Assembly (NCBI RefSeq): GCF_009914755.1
Contig: NC_060936.1
Strand: one strand, 5' to 3'
DNA: 64,000 bases
Source of the DNA: the human T2T-CHM13v2.0 reference genome, Homo sapiens
The notes below the pieces were generated by a model, which had not been told where the DNA came from, searched no databases, and was given only the letters and a program-made list of their open reading frames with translations. Position numbers and translations under genes: made by a program. This document shows, in pieces, positions 1-13,548 of the stretch. Each line of letters starts with the position of its first letter. The first letter of the stretch is position 1.

Positions 1-1814
1 GACACGCATGCTTGCTGGGTGTTCAAGCAGTTCTCATGCTTTGGGTGCCTTCATTAATTCCAATGCACTCTTTACATCTTTTCCTGCTGGATCTTATGAG
101 AAAGGTTAAGGTCCCGGCCTTATTGGGGTCTTCCTCACGTTAGGCTTGGGATCTACACAGTGAGTGCAGGGAGGACAGGGACGAGTTACAGGAGAGATGA
201 GACGTCTCATTGTAGGGAGTGTCACGTCCTCCGTGAGCCTAAATGTTCTGGTTAATGCAGTTTATCCCTGGGGCAGAGAACAGGAGGAAGGTGAAGGGAA
301 TATATATGGTGAGGTGAGAGTCGGTGTCACATTGAGAATGTGGCTATGAATTGGGTGTGGCAGAGAGGCAATTTTCCAGGCCTTGAGGAGTGGAGGCGGG
401 GCTGTAATGCTACAGGGGCCAGATGGCGGTAGAGCAGGTGGCAACTGTTGCGGGACAGGAGGCAGCTGACCAGCTGGTCTCCAAGAGGACCTGAGGGGTC
501 TTCTTGGGATCATGCAGGGGTGGTAGCTATGTGGCATGAGTGATGCCATTCCCTGCCCTTTGTGCCCATGGTGGGCAACACTAATCTATCATCCTCAGAG
601 TCCCTTAAGTATATAGCATTGTGGACAGTGATGTCAATCAATTGGCATAAAAGTTGAAACTTATTGTCTGTCACTGGTGTGATGGAAAGGATATAGACTG
701 GAGTCCAGCAGAAATGACAGCCCCACCAGGTCCAAGCTTTGGGCACCTACCAAGCATATTAGCTCGTTTTTCGGTTGCAAGGGACAGAGACCCAATTCAC
801 ATTAGCTTTAGCTAAGTCACTTAAGTCACTTAAACATCACAGTGTGTGGGGGAAAATCACTTGGAGAAGGGGAGGCTCAGCCAGCCTTGCAGTACAGCCC
901 TAATGGAGGTCAGCCCCAAGAGGCCACACCTGTCTCACCTGCCTCACCTGCGTGTGGCTCAGGTAAGGGCTAACTTCAGGTGTGGCTGGATGAGGAATCT
1001 GGTGAGGTTGCTCGGGCTCTGCCTCTGGGGCAGGCTCTCTCTAGGTGAAAATGTTCACATGGCTAAGCCAGGTCATGTGCTCTTCACAGGTTCCTATGGG
1101 GACGGGGTGGAGGTGGGGGTGATAGGTTCTGGAAAGCAGGTCACATGGGGAGCAAAGTTATCTTGGAGGTCAAACATAGAAGGATCAGCCCAAGATAAGA
1201 GTTGGGGAGGTGGCTGGGAGAGGCGCCAAGTGTTCATCTGTGTCTTAACAGGTGAGGAGAGGGAGGGGGTCAATAAGGTTGAGCCAGCAACCTTAGGACC
1301 CAGCAGCTTCCCTGGAAGACCCTGTGCACATGGACCAGAAAAGGCCACTGTGGGCGGCCTTGGGTGTCATGTATGTGCAACTGGTCTGGCTGCTTCGGCC
1401 ACAGTCTCTGGGCAGCTGAAGTGTCCTCAGATGCCAACCTCACCGCCCACAGTAGCACCCTCTTGTCTGCGGCTTTTCTTGATCCTGCGGCACCTGGCCA
1501 ATTGACTAGCGGTAGCACGTCTCAAGGTCATGCATGTGTTCTGGGAGATTCAGGTTTGGGCCAGGCTGAGCTGATCGCTTGGCAAACCTTACAGACTCTA
1601 GAGCGAGGCATCCAGCCTAACAGGCCAAAGAGTGTTTGCCAAGCATATGTGCTGTCTTAGGGACAGTCTCAGAGGCTTCGTTGCCTAGACACCAGAGCAG
1701 GGCAGCTGTCCCTGCGCAGGTTGGAGCCCTGGGTTGCACTGGTTCCAATCAGGTTTCCTTCCTGACACTGTCCCTCTCCCCTACCCCATCAACCCCTGCC
1801 ACTCACAGCTCCTT

Positions 1815-2348
1815 TTCCCAGATAGCAAATGCTGTCTAATGAATCACCCCAAAACAAAGTGGCTCACAACAGCAGACACCCTGTTACTGCTCAGTCTCTG
1901 TGGCTCAGGAATTCAGGAAGTTCTTGTGTGGGTCAGTAATTCAAAAAGTTACTGATTTGGGGCAGTCCTGACTTGGGGTCTCTCCTGGGGTGGCAGTCAG
2001 ATGGTGATTGGAGCAGCTGGGGGCTGGCCAGGGCTCCCTCTTGCCACATGGCCTCTCTGTTGAGGCTAGTCTGGGCTTCCTCACAGCATGGCAGCTCAGG
2101 GCTGAAAGGCTGCCTTGTGTGGGGGCTGGCTTCCTCCAGGACGACCATCCAGAGACAGTCAGGGGGATGCAACGTGGCTTTTTTTTTAACCTATCCTTGG
2201 AAGTCACACAGTGTCACTTTTGCTGTACTTTATTGGTAAAACAGTCACCAAAGGCTGACCTCATTTCAAGAGGAGGGCCTAGATCTTTCTCAATGAAAAG
2301 GGATGTCAGATATAAAGGGATTTGTTGACATGATTTAAAACCATCACA
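1815..2348. mobile_element. MLT1-type ERVL-MaLR solo LTR
   Basis: MaLR-like motifs caccccaaaac, gggcttcctcacagcatggc and ggaagtcacacagtgtcactt; ends aaaccatcaca. Confidence 0.65.
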
Positions 2349-2925
2349 GCTCCCCTGGCCCCTCCTGGTCAACCAACACTTAAAGCCCAGATGGCTTTGA
2401 GGTAGCTGGATGTGACCTTACTCTAGTCCAGCCCTTCTCATTTTATTATATTTATTTTTGTTTATTGGAACTCAGGTGCAGAGAGTTGAGTGAATCATAC
2501 TCCAGTTCATTGTACCTTTTCCATCATTGATTCATGCAGTGACCTCTCATATTCACTCACTCATTCATTTATGCTTCCTCCTTGCCCCTGTATCTTATGC
2601 TCATTTTCCTCCTCACCTTCCTTAAACAATCATTCTATTCGATTTCATGAATATCCTTTCATTTGCATGGGTTCTTAAAATATGTATTTTAATTTGTAGG
2701 TAATGTGTTGTGTTGTATCTGTTTCTGCTGAGGTCCATACGTGCTGTAATGCACGGATCTCATCTCTTGCCCACCTAAGGTGAGGCAAGGAGACTAGAGC
2801 GGAGTGACACGCCCAAGGTCACCCAGCTAAACCAGGACCGCAACGATCCTGGCCCTCTTCGCTCAGCATCTCACACTCATGTTTCCACGTGCCACCTCCT
2901 AACCGCCTGCAATAGCTTGAAATAA

Positions 2926-3492
<567 letters not shown>

Positions 3493-3867
3493 TGAAATGC
3501 AGAGTTCTGGGCCCCGCCCTAGACTGGATGAATCAGAATATCTGGGGACGGGGCCCAGCAATCTGCTTGTATAATAAGCTGCCTGGGTTGGGTTTTTGTT
3601 TTTTGTTTTTTTCATATAATAAGCAACATTTGAGAAAATCAGCCTAAGAAGTTATGAAATATCATCTCCTGTAGCTGAGCTTGCCCAGGGGCCCACTCAT
3701 GCGTTGGGGTAACAGTCGTTAGTTACATGCTGCCTCATTCCCTTCTTTCCCTTCTGTGCCATGGCGCTGGATGCTTTCACGGCCTTCCCTCTCTCTAGGG
3801 TGAAGGGGCTCAGGAGATGGAAGAGCGTAGTGGTCAGGGCCCCTGGCTGTTGGCTGGAGGGCCCTGA

Positions 3868-4030
3868 AGCAGTGGTTCTCAGCCCTGATTGCACATTAGA
3901 GTCTCCTGGAAAGTTATAACAAACTACAGACCACTCAGTTCCACCTAGGCATAAAAACAAACAAACAAAAAACAACAACGGAAAACTCTCTGGGTAATTC
4001 TAATGTGCAGACAAAGTTGAGAACACTGTC
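3868..4030. mobile_element. MER5A-like hAT MITE
   Basis: Ends cagtggttctca ... ttgagaacactg, with internal attctaatgtgcag. Confidence 0.6.
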
Positions 4031-4170
4031 TGGAAGTGTTGTGTTTGTCCATATAGAAACAAGCAAATGGGTCCTTCAGAAACAGTGGCTTTGAAGGGAT
4101 GGGCGCTCGCTGTGGAGTTACAAGCCCCTTACTTCATCAGAATCCTGGCGCTGTAGAAATTGGGAAGGAC

Positions 4171-4468
4171 TTTTTTTTTTTTTTTTTTGAGACGGAGTCT
4201 CGCTCTGTCACCCAGGCTGGAGTGCAGTGGTGCCGTCTCGGCTCACTGCAAGCTCCTGGGTTCGCACCATTGTCCTGCCTCAGCCTCCTGTATAGCCGGG
4301 ACCACAGGTGCCCGCCACCACGCTCGGCTATTCTTTTTTGTATTTTTAGTAGAAACGGGGTTTCACCGTGTTAGCCAGGATGGTCTCGATCTCCTACCCT
4401 CGTGATCTGCCTGCCTCGGCCTCCCAAAGTGTTGGGATTACAGGTGTAATCTGCCACCGTGCCCAGCC
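4171..4468 (-). mobile_element. Alu (AluY-like)
   Basis: Poly-T followed by gagacggagtctcgctctgtc; Y-type gcaagctcc and ttagccaggatggtctcgatctcc. Confidence 0.92.
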
Positions 4469-4736
4469 CAGAAAGGACCTTTAAGTGCTGAAGTTCCTCC
4501 CCCACTTCCACGAGTGATGAAATTGAGCCCCACAGGAGAGGCTCCCCAGGGTCATGTGGTCAGGAACAGATGGGACTAGAACCCTGGTACTGACTGTGGG
4601 AATTTTTATAATAAGGATTCCTCCAGGCAGGACTGCTGTGTCTCTCAAGGGCCAGGATGGGAGCATTAGGCTTCATCAATGAGTTTCTATGGAAAGATTT
4701 AAAAGTCTCAGGTACTGGTTGAAAGAAGGTAGCCTA

Positions 4737-5111
<375 letters not shown>

Positions 5112-6269
5112 TTAAAAGTATTTTAAGAAAATGCATTTTAAAACAAGTGGCTGCAGCTGCCTGAGTGGCCAAGCATGGTTTTAGTGCCCGGGGTACTGGA
5201 TGGGAGACTAGGCTTTAGTCAGCCCCATAGGACTGCTTGCATATCTGCTCACGGTGGAGTCAGGGAGTGGGAGAGCTGAGGGCCCTGCAGGTCAGGCACC
5301 CCTGAGAGAAGGGCAGCAAGGCCCAGAGAAGCCAAAGGGCTTGCCCTAAATCACGCAGCTGGCAACTGACAGAGCTGGACTTCAAATCCAGGTTCCCCTG
5401 ACCCCGAAGTCCATGCCCATCCCACACCCCATGCATCCATAGTACTGGGTAGGACTAGGCAGGTACTAGTAGATACTAGGTGGGACCGGTGAGGTCTTAG
5501 GAGGATGCTCAGGGCCTGCAGTCCAGGTGCACTGGGACACGCCGGACCTGGATCCGGGCCTAACACCTACTCCCTGGGTGCTGTGGCCACCCCTCCGGGG
5601 GAGTGTGCCTTCCCACCTGGAGGAGAGGAAGGGGGCCCAGCCTTAGCAGTGCCAGGTGGGTGGCATTCCAAGATTGCTTGGGAAGACTGGCTGGACAGGG
5701 AAGGAGATAGCCTGGAGTACTAGCCAGCCAGTTCTTCTTGAAGAAGTGGAATCCGACCCTGTCATTAGGAAGGGAACTCAGCTTAAAAAGTAATCTGGGC
5801 CTCAAAAGGCGACACAGAGCACTTCCCAGGGCTTACCTGGGTTCTCTGCTTTTCAGCCAGTGGCTTTTCTTCTCTGCCTGATTGGTTTTTACACATGATC
5901 TTCTCTGGCATTAGCCCAGTGCCTTTAGCATGAAGTGAAGGATAGATAGGTGGAGAGTCTGAATGAGGGGAGGGGAACTGATAGTGCCAGAAACCCCAAG
6001 CTCAGCTGTGCCCCACTGTGGTGGAGGCAATGAAGTGACATGTTCTGGGTGTGTGTGCACGGGTCTGGTTTGGCTGGGTTGTTGCATCCTTGTCCCGATG
6101 GGGAGAGCACAGGCACCAGCTGATGGAATGAAACTGGCCAGCCTGTGGGCTCGGTGTCACTTTCCTAAGCAGGCGAGAAAAGGTTTGGGAGGCAAGAGGT
6201 GGCGTGGTAGGAGGGCTAAAAGAACTGCCTATGAAGGCTTCAAGGTAACTTTAGAGTGGATCAGTATAG

Positions 6270-6465
6270 AATAGTCCTTAACACTGAGACTGCCTGAGCT
6301 TGGATCCCATCCTACTACTTGCTCTGTGACCTGGCACAAGTTAACGTCTGACCCTTCTGTGCCTCAGTTTTCTCATTTAGAAAGTGGGGATCACAAGCGT
6401 ACATTCCACACAGAGCATTTCTGTTGGGCCGTAAGAATGTGCCTGGCACTGAGCAAGCTCTTGGC
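6270..6465 (+). mobile_element. MIR
   Basis: Core ctgtgcctcagttttctcatttagaaagtgggga; 3' end gtgcctggcac. Confidence 0.65.
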
Positions 6466-8123
6466 AGAGGTCAGCTTCTGTCCTTACTGTCACCAGCACC
6501 AGCATCAGCGTCTGTCTCCCATCATCACTACTTGTGCCTCATCCAACACAAGGGCAGCAGAATGTAAAAGCTTAGTCCGTCTGGGTTCCGGTCCAGGCTC
6601 TGCTATATGCCAGCTTGGGGTCTTGGACTGGCTGCTTTACTTTTCACCCCTGCAAAGTTGGGAGATTGACAGGTCCACTGTGTGGCATCTTTTTTGATAT
6701 CAAGGTGGACATAGAAAATGTTCTACAGGAAAATGGATCCTCAGAAGTACCCACAGGACTAGGGAGACTAGTGCTAAGATAATCACTCGGGTTCCTCCCA
6801 GTTCAGAATTCTGTGACGCTGGCCCAGGGCTGCCCCTTAACATGTCAGAAGGCCGTCTGTGGCAGGGGAGTGAACACTGGACTTGGTGATCGGGAAATCC
6901 GGGCTCTAGTCTCAGCTGGTCATTAACTTGCTGTGGGGCCTTGGGAAAGTTCCTCAGGCTCTCTGGGCCTCAGAGGGTTAGACTAGATCATCTCTAAGGT
7001 CTCTTTCTGCCTCAATATTCACTAACTTTGTGAGTATGGATTTCCCTGAGAGAATTATGGTGGTCCCTTCACCCCGGATCTCCACCCCTCTCTGTCTTCC
7101 TCCTCCTCCTCCTGTGAGACTCCATGAACTGGGCTGCAAACTTGGCAGTGGGAGCGGGGTAGGTGGGAGTGGAGCTGGAAGAGCATAGACGGGCCCTTCC
7201 TGGGAAGCTTCCCCTTGCTGGCCTTCCATGGAGGGTGTGGGGTGGTCCCGTCGGAAGGGGTATTATCACATTAGCTCATTTTTCTCTTGAGAGCGTGTCC
7301 TGCCCTGAAAATGTGATGAAGAAGTCAGGGCATGGGAACCTCTGCCTGCACTACTACTGGTGAGGGAACCTTGGGCTGTCCCACTAGAGCCCAGCACACA
7401 CCAAGGAAAAATCAGGAGGCCTTGGAATCAAAGCTTTGCCTGCTGAAGCGGGACCTCTGCAGACCAGAGGGGTTTCTATGCTGTCTGTGAGACTCAGCCT
7501 TAAAGAGGAGACAGCTTTCCTTCCCTACACTCAGGACGGACCCCCTGCCGTACTCTTGGGGGTCTTCAGGATCTCTGGAACCTGCCAGAGAATGAGAGAG
7601 AAGAAATGGAAACCACTCTTAACCTTAGTTTAAAAGATTAAAAATAAAATCTCCAAATTTCAATGAAACCCAGAGAAAGTCTCTCTGTCTTAGAATCCTG
7701 TTCCACCCATGTCCCCCGTTCCAGGTGGGCGTGGGCCCACAGGCCGTTCGGCATAAACTGTGAAGAAACGGGGTGCTTGGCGCAGGCCATGCTCTTTAGA
7801 GGCAACCTCAGGCACACATTGGGGAGAATGAAGACCAATGCAATCTAAATAAATGAAAGGAGGGGAACAAGTTTTTAGAAATCTGTGTTTACTCTGGCAC
7901 GCGACTGGCCTCCACTGCTTTTGACATATTAGGGAAAATTTTGGCGGGGACCCACTAGAAGCACTTAAAAAGGCATATGTTTCTTTTCAGAATACAAGGG
8001 GCTTGGAATGCATTGTTTAAACAAAATTCTTATGAATCTTTGATTCATTTTAAAAAATATGTAGATTATGTTTGTTTCACTTGTACTTTCTGTGGCATTA
8101 ACTTCCTTGACTCCCTTTCTCAG

Positions 8124-8229
8124 ACCATTTGAAATAATTATTTTACTGACTATTTTTGCCAATTGTGTGGCCTTAGCGATCTATATTCCCTTTCCAGAAG
8201 ATGATTCCAACGCCACCAATTCCAACCTG
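8124..8229 (+). CDS. CACNA1C: CACNA1C exon 3 (106 bp), domain I S1 helix and S1-S2 loop
   Basis: Encodes [35 protein letters not shown] and ends at CTG|GTAAGT (phase 0). Confidence 0.98.
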
Positions 8230-8452
8230 GTAAGTCCACCATCCTCAAGTCTCTGCTTTTTCACTCGATGGAGAACTGCGTTCAGATCACATAGATGCAT
8301 GGAATGTGGGAGAGAAGTGAGACGTGTGTTTGGCATGTGCAGGAGCCCTGCAGAGCTCACATCCCGAGTGCTGTTTTACTCTTTATTCAAATCAGCACCT
8401 GTCTCATTCCGGCCTGTTTTCCAAAAGAATATTCCAGTTAGGTGGTGGTGAG

Positions 8453-8455
<3 letters not shown>

Positions 8456-8499
<44 letters not shown>
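8456..8499 (+). repeat. (TG)22 microsatellite
   Basis: Perfect TG run read directly. Confidence 0.98.
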
Positions 8500-8502
<3 letters not shown>

Positions 8503-10897
8503 AGTAGCAAATCCCGTGACTGCTACAAAATGTGCTGCAAAAGTTGTGAGTGCAGGTGTTCGCTGCAGCGAACATCTGTTCTTGGATTGTGTTGTATTTC
8601 CTTTGAATGTCTTTGTTCCATTGGTGGGGTTTGCTCAGGTGATCTGGAGTGTTGCTGCACGATAAATAATTTCTAGGAAGCTTTTAGGAACGTTTGCTTT
8701 TGCAGCCAACATGTATTATTGAGTTAGAAGGGCCTTATTTTATTGGGAAAGGCGGCTTTCCATTTGGATTGTTGAGGGGCCAGCTCTGGCAATTTGGGGT
8801 TAGAATTGGTCCATGGAAAAAGTGGAGAGTGTGTTTACTTTTGGCTGAGCTTGAAGTCATTACAAAGACTTTTGCTCCATCTGGGCATGTGAGGAAAAGA
8901 GCTCTGGAATGCAGTTGGCAAAATTGGGGCACTCCAGGATGCCTCTGCAAAAGGCACGCAGGGAAAATCCCGTCTCTTTCTCCCCCTCCATTGCAGAGAC
9001 ACCGTCACTCTCCACGTGATTTCCACATGGCGTGTTTGGTCATCAGAGCCACCGTCTTTCCCCTGCCGTCAGTACCTTCCTTTAATTACTGAGATGGAAC
9101 CGTCCAATGAGATGGTTTTTAAAAGAAGCAGGCAGCTTATAGGATTCTCCTTTCCACAGCTGCTGGGCTGATGCCATCACAGGGTGGTTCTTGTATTTTG
9201 TAACCTTTGACATTTTCTTGGGCCCTTTCAGCAAAAAAAAATATGATGCACGTTTTAACTTCTCAGCTGTCGCCCCAGTTTTTTCAGGTAACCGCTGATG
9301 CATAGCAGGTAAGGTGTTCACCGCCTGCGGGCTGTGGTGTCTTGTGGCTCGGCTTGGGGCCCTTTGTTGGGGACAGGCTCCAAAAATTTCAAAGCTGGGC
9401 ACACCACTGAGTGATGGCATGGCCAGAGTCGGAAGGCAGAGCATCGGCCGCCGTCCGTGAGGCCATCCGAAGCGTGACCTCATCTCTTAAGGGGCAAGAA
9501 ATCTTTACTGTGTCAAAATAAATACAAGCCAAAGTGTCTCCCTGAAGCAGGAACTCCTTCCCTTGGTTCCATTTCTTCCCTGTGTAGCCACCTCCTTCCT
9601 CTGCCATGGTCCTCCCAACCCTCCTACAGTTTAACATTTAATCTGCAACTTTTAAAGAGGAGCCTTCGTTCCACATAGAATCCGTATCTTGTTCTTAAGC
9701 TGATGACACTTGGGGCTGCTCAAGGCCCATGCAGTGGTGAAGGTGTGTAGAGGAGTTTGGTTTTTCTTAGGTCCTGAGATGGCCACATGTAGCCCCTTCA
9801 CCCCTCGGTTTCCAGGAGGATTAAGGGAGCCACTTGGCTTGCTGAGCTAGAGGGAAGCCCTGGGCTGGCTGAGACCCCTCAACTCTGGACCTCCTGGAGG
9901 CAGAGGGGCTCGTAGGAGAGGACAAGAGGTCACCCTGGACTTCTTCTGGAGCTGGAGTGAGGTTGCTGTGTACAGATGAGGTGGGAGGGATGGCAGGTTT
10001 TTATCACGTCACGGAGTGATGGAAGAATTCTAAAGGAGGTGGTGGGGCTGCTTGCACAACTGTGTAACTTTACCAAACATCATCGAATTGTGTACTTACA
10101 GGGGGTGAACTTTATGGTATGGTAATGATACCTCAAAAAAGCTGCAGATGACTTCTCATTCTCTGCATTCCACAATGTCGCACTTCCCCTGGGGCAGTGA
10201 ATGCTGCCAGCTGAAGGTGGGGGGTGGCATCAGAAAACCCTTAAAACAGATGAATAAATACGACCTCATATCAGCTAATAAATCAGAACACGATTCTGCC
10301 CCATGGAGAAACCCATCGCGAGTGCTGTGACCCGGCCTCCCGGTCCTTGCTCTCTACAGCATCTTGAAGCTGCAGCATCTTTGCAGATGCCCCCTTTACA
10401 AAGCACATTCTCCCCTTGCTTCTTCCAGCCTCTCCTCCTGTGTCTACACGAACGTTTACTAGGCTTTTGTCCTGAGCCCTCTGATTTTCTTCTTCTGCAC
10501 TCTCCCTTTGGGGAGCTCATCTGTGTCCACAGATTTAAGTTACCTTTCCAAGTAAATTGTTGCTAAGACTGACATCTCCAGTGCTAAGCCTTTCCAAAGG
10601 CCTGGCCCCATATTTCCCGCATTGGAGAGGCCTGTGGACCGGTGCAGCGACCGCTGAGGCCTGCACATCATTACAACCCGAGAGAACTCCAACTGTGCAG
10701 ACCCCAGCTCCCCTGCGGATCTGATTCACATTTAGTAGTTCTGGGGCATGGTCTGGGGATGCGCATCAAAAAATTTCCTCGCAGGGATGCCGACGATTAG
10801 TCAGCTTTGGGAACAACCGGCCTCTTGGGCAGAGCAAAATTTGAGTTGGACAGACCTGACTTCAAATCTTGGCTTCTCCACTTTAAGATTAAGTCTG

Positions 10898-11199
<302 letters not shown>

Positions 11200-11619
11200 A
11201 AGGTTAAGTCTGAATCTTAGTCTGAGGTTATTTAGTCTTTCCAAACCTCAGTTCCCCAGCTTGTAAAATGGAAGTGACCTCAGAGGGTTCTAGGGAAGAG
11301 TAGGGCGGGCAGTGACAATTATATGTGCCAGGATGTCTTGCCAATACCTCAAACAAGCCCCAAATAGAACTCATTCTCTCTCCCACCACACGACCCTGTC
11401 CCCCTGAAGAAAACGAAACATAGCCCAGGTGAATGCTGCTCCTTTTCTTTTCCCTTGGCCGGGTTGATGGCATTGCTGGCCTTGCTGTCACATGGAACCA
11501 TCTCTGACATCTTCTTCCCCTTGCCATGCCCATCTGAGCAGGAATCCAGTCTTGGAGATTGTAATTTGCAATGTATCACATTTAGCTTTCTTTCTATTCT
11601 CAAAGTCATTTGTTCAGAC

Positions 11620-11750
11620 TTCCTGTGCCTTAGTTTCTTCATTTATAAAATGGAAATAACAATAATGACAGTACCTACCTCATAGGGTTGTTGTGAAGAT
11701 TAAATGAGCCAAAATATGTAAAGCCCTTAGGAGAGCACCTTAGTAAGGGC
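11620..11750 (+). mobile_element. MIR
   Basis: cagtacctacctcatagggttgttgtgaagattaaatgag matches the MIR core. Confidence 0.8.
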
Positions 11751-11910
11751 GAAGTGTTGGGTCTTGTTAATAGTGCTGGATACTATTGTTATTATTGTCA
11801 TCATCATCATCCTTGTCAACCTAACCCAGGCCCTGTTGCCTTTTTCATGGACTCTTACAGTCACCTCCTTCCTGCTGTCCTCCCTCTGGTCTCTCCTTCC
11901 ACTGGTCTAG

Positions 11911-11914
<4 letters not shown>

Positions 11915-11948
<34 letters not shown>
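11915..11948 (+). repeat. (TG)17 microsatellite
   Basis: Read directly. Confidence 0.97.
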
Positions 11949-11949
<1 letters not shown>

Positions 11950-11952
<3 letters not shown>

Positions 11953-13110
11953 CATTTGCCAAACATCTATACCAACAGATAGGCACTATGATTAATAGGG
12001 AAGATGAAACTGTAAACAGTTGTTTCAAATAGTGAAAGGTCTTATAAAGGGCCAGGGTGTCAGGGTGGAAGAACTGATTCATTTTGCTGTAGAGAAAGGA
12101 TTAATGGCAAGTTTCACATAGGTTGACATATTTGCATTGCGTCTCTCAAGAAGAGGATGCCATAAGAGATACTTCAGGTTGAAGTGTACTCATGTGCAAA
12201 GGCATGAGTATACATGTGGTCACATTCTTTAGGACCAGAGGAAGGGGTGCTGGTTTTGAGGGGATGAGAAGAGCCAGGTGATGGGGGCTTGATGGCCCAT
12301 GCAAACTGTTGGACTTAACTGCAGGTGAGGAGGAGGCTCGAAGGCTTTAACGGCAGAGGAGTGCTCTTGCAGCATGAGGAAGATGGCTCAGACGGAGGCC
12401 TCACTGTTTGTGAAGAGAAAAAGAAAGCTTGCCAGAGTCCAGATGGTGGTGACAATAAGGATAGAGAGGGGGCAGTGGATTTAGGAGGCAAGCTTGCCTG
12501 GACGGGTAACCAGTTGGATATCATGGGTGGCGGAGAGAGCTGGCTCCCAGGATGGTGATATGAGGAGCCAGGTGCCCTTGGCCAGGAGAAAGACTTCAGG
12601 AGGAAGGTCATATTTGAGGGGCAGGGAATGATGCGTACGATTAGGGATTGTCAAGTGGAGGAGCCCGTGGAGCGTGAGGCTGGGGATGTCCTACCGGCGG
12701 TCGACAGGAGCCTGCAACCCAGGAGACTGTTTATGCTGAGGATGGAGACTTGGGGGCAACAGGAGGAGAGACACAAGGAGAAGCTGTAGGTATGGCCCAG
12801 AGCACCTGCATCAGGGTGGAGTGGGAGGGTAGCAGTGACCACAGCCAGACCCTGGAGAACAGTGACGTTTGCAGAGGGTGGAGGAAGAGGAGCAAAGGAA
12901 GGTCATACACCACATGTCAGGAAGGCTTAGCCTGAGAGGTAGGAGGGGAACCTGCTGAGAGTGGAGTCTTAGAAGCTAAGGGAACAGAGAGTTTAAGATA
13001 TTCAAGAGGGGCTGGTTGGTAGTTCAAAATCGTGGCTCATGGCAACTCAAGGCCAATGACAAGAGGATTGGCCTGACTGTGAGAAGAGCTGAGCTTAGGG
13101 CCAAAAGTAC
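11950..13110 (-). mobile_element. L2 fragment
   Basis: Purine-rich degenerate sequence typical of antisense L2; boundaries approximate. Confidence 0.5.
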
Positions 13111-13371
13111 GAGAAGAGGATATTGATCTGTGTCTGTACCCCTATGGAGGCCCTGAAGTAGTAGGTGCATGACAACTGTTTGCTGAGGTTCAATGCTTGA
13201 AACATTCCCATTGTTGTGCCAGAGTGGGATGCCCCAAATCACTTATGTACCCCGAAAATGAAGCTTGAGAAATCCTCCATTAGTTTCATAGCTTTTTTTA
13301 AAAAATTAAAGAATTGCGATTTCAGAGCCCTACTCTGAGAAACAGCAAAGAAGAGATGCTGATGCACCTGA

Positions 13372-13548
13372 AGCAGGTGGCTCTCAACCCCTGTGGCATA
13401 AGTTCATAGAGATGATTAAAATGCATGTTCCCAGGCCCTGCTCCCAGAGATTCTGACTCTGGAGTGGGCCCTAGGAGTTTGAATTTTTAATAAGCTCCCC
13501 TGGGGTTCTGATGCAAGTGGTCCTGGGCTGCTCTTTGAGAACAGTGAC
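13372..13548. mobile_element. MER5A-like hAT MITE
   Basis: cccagagattctgact...ttctgatgca...tttgagaacagtg. Confidence 0.65.

Noticed and set aside
846-1505. 219-aa ORF (also 27913-28611, 29251-29895, 28827-29357)
   Set aside because: No recognisable domains; they overlap decayed repeats or GC-rich intron and look like chance ORFs.
2651-2659. Second perfect ATATCCTTT (U11 site) in intron 1
   Set aside because: A 9-mer like this is plausible by chance in 64 kb, it lies in L1M-like sequence, and no associated exon is visible.
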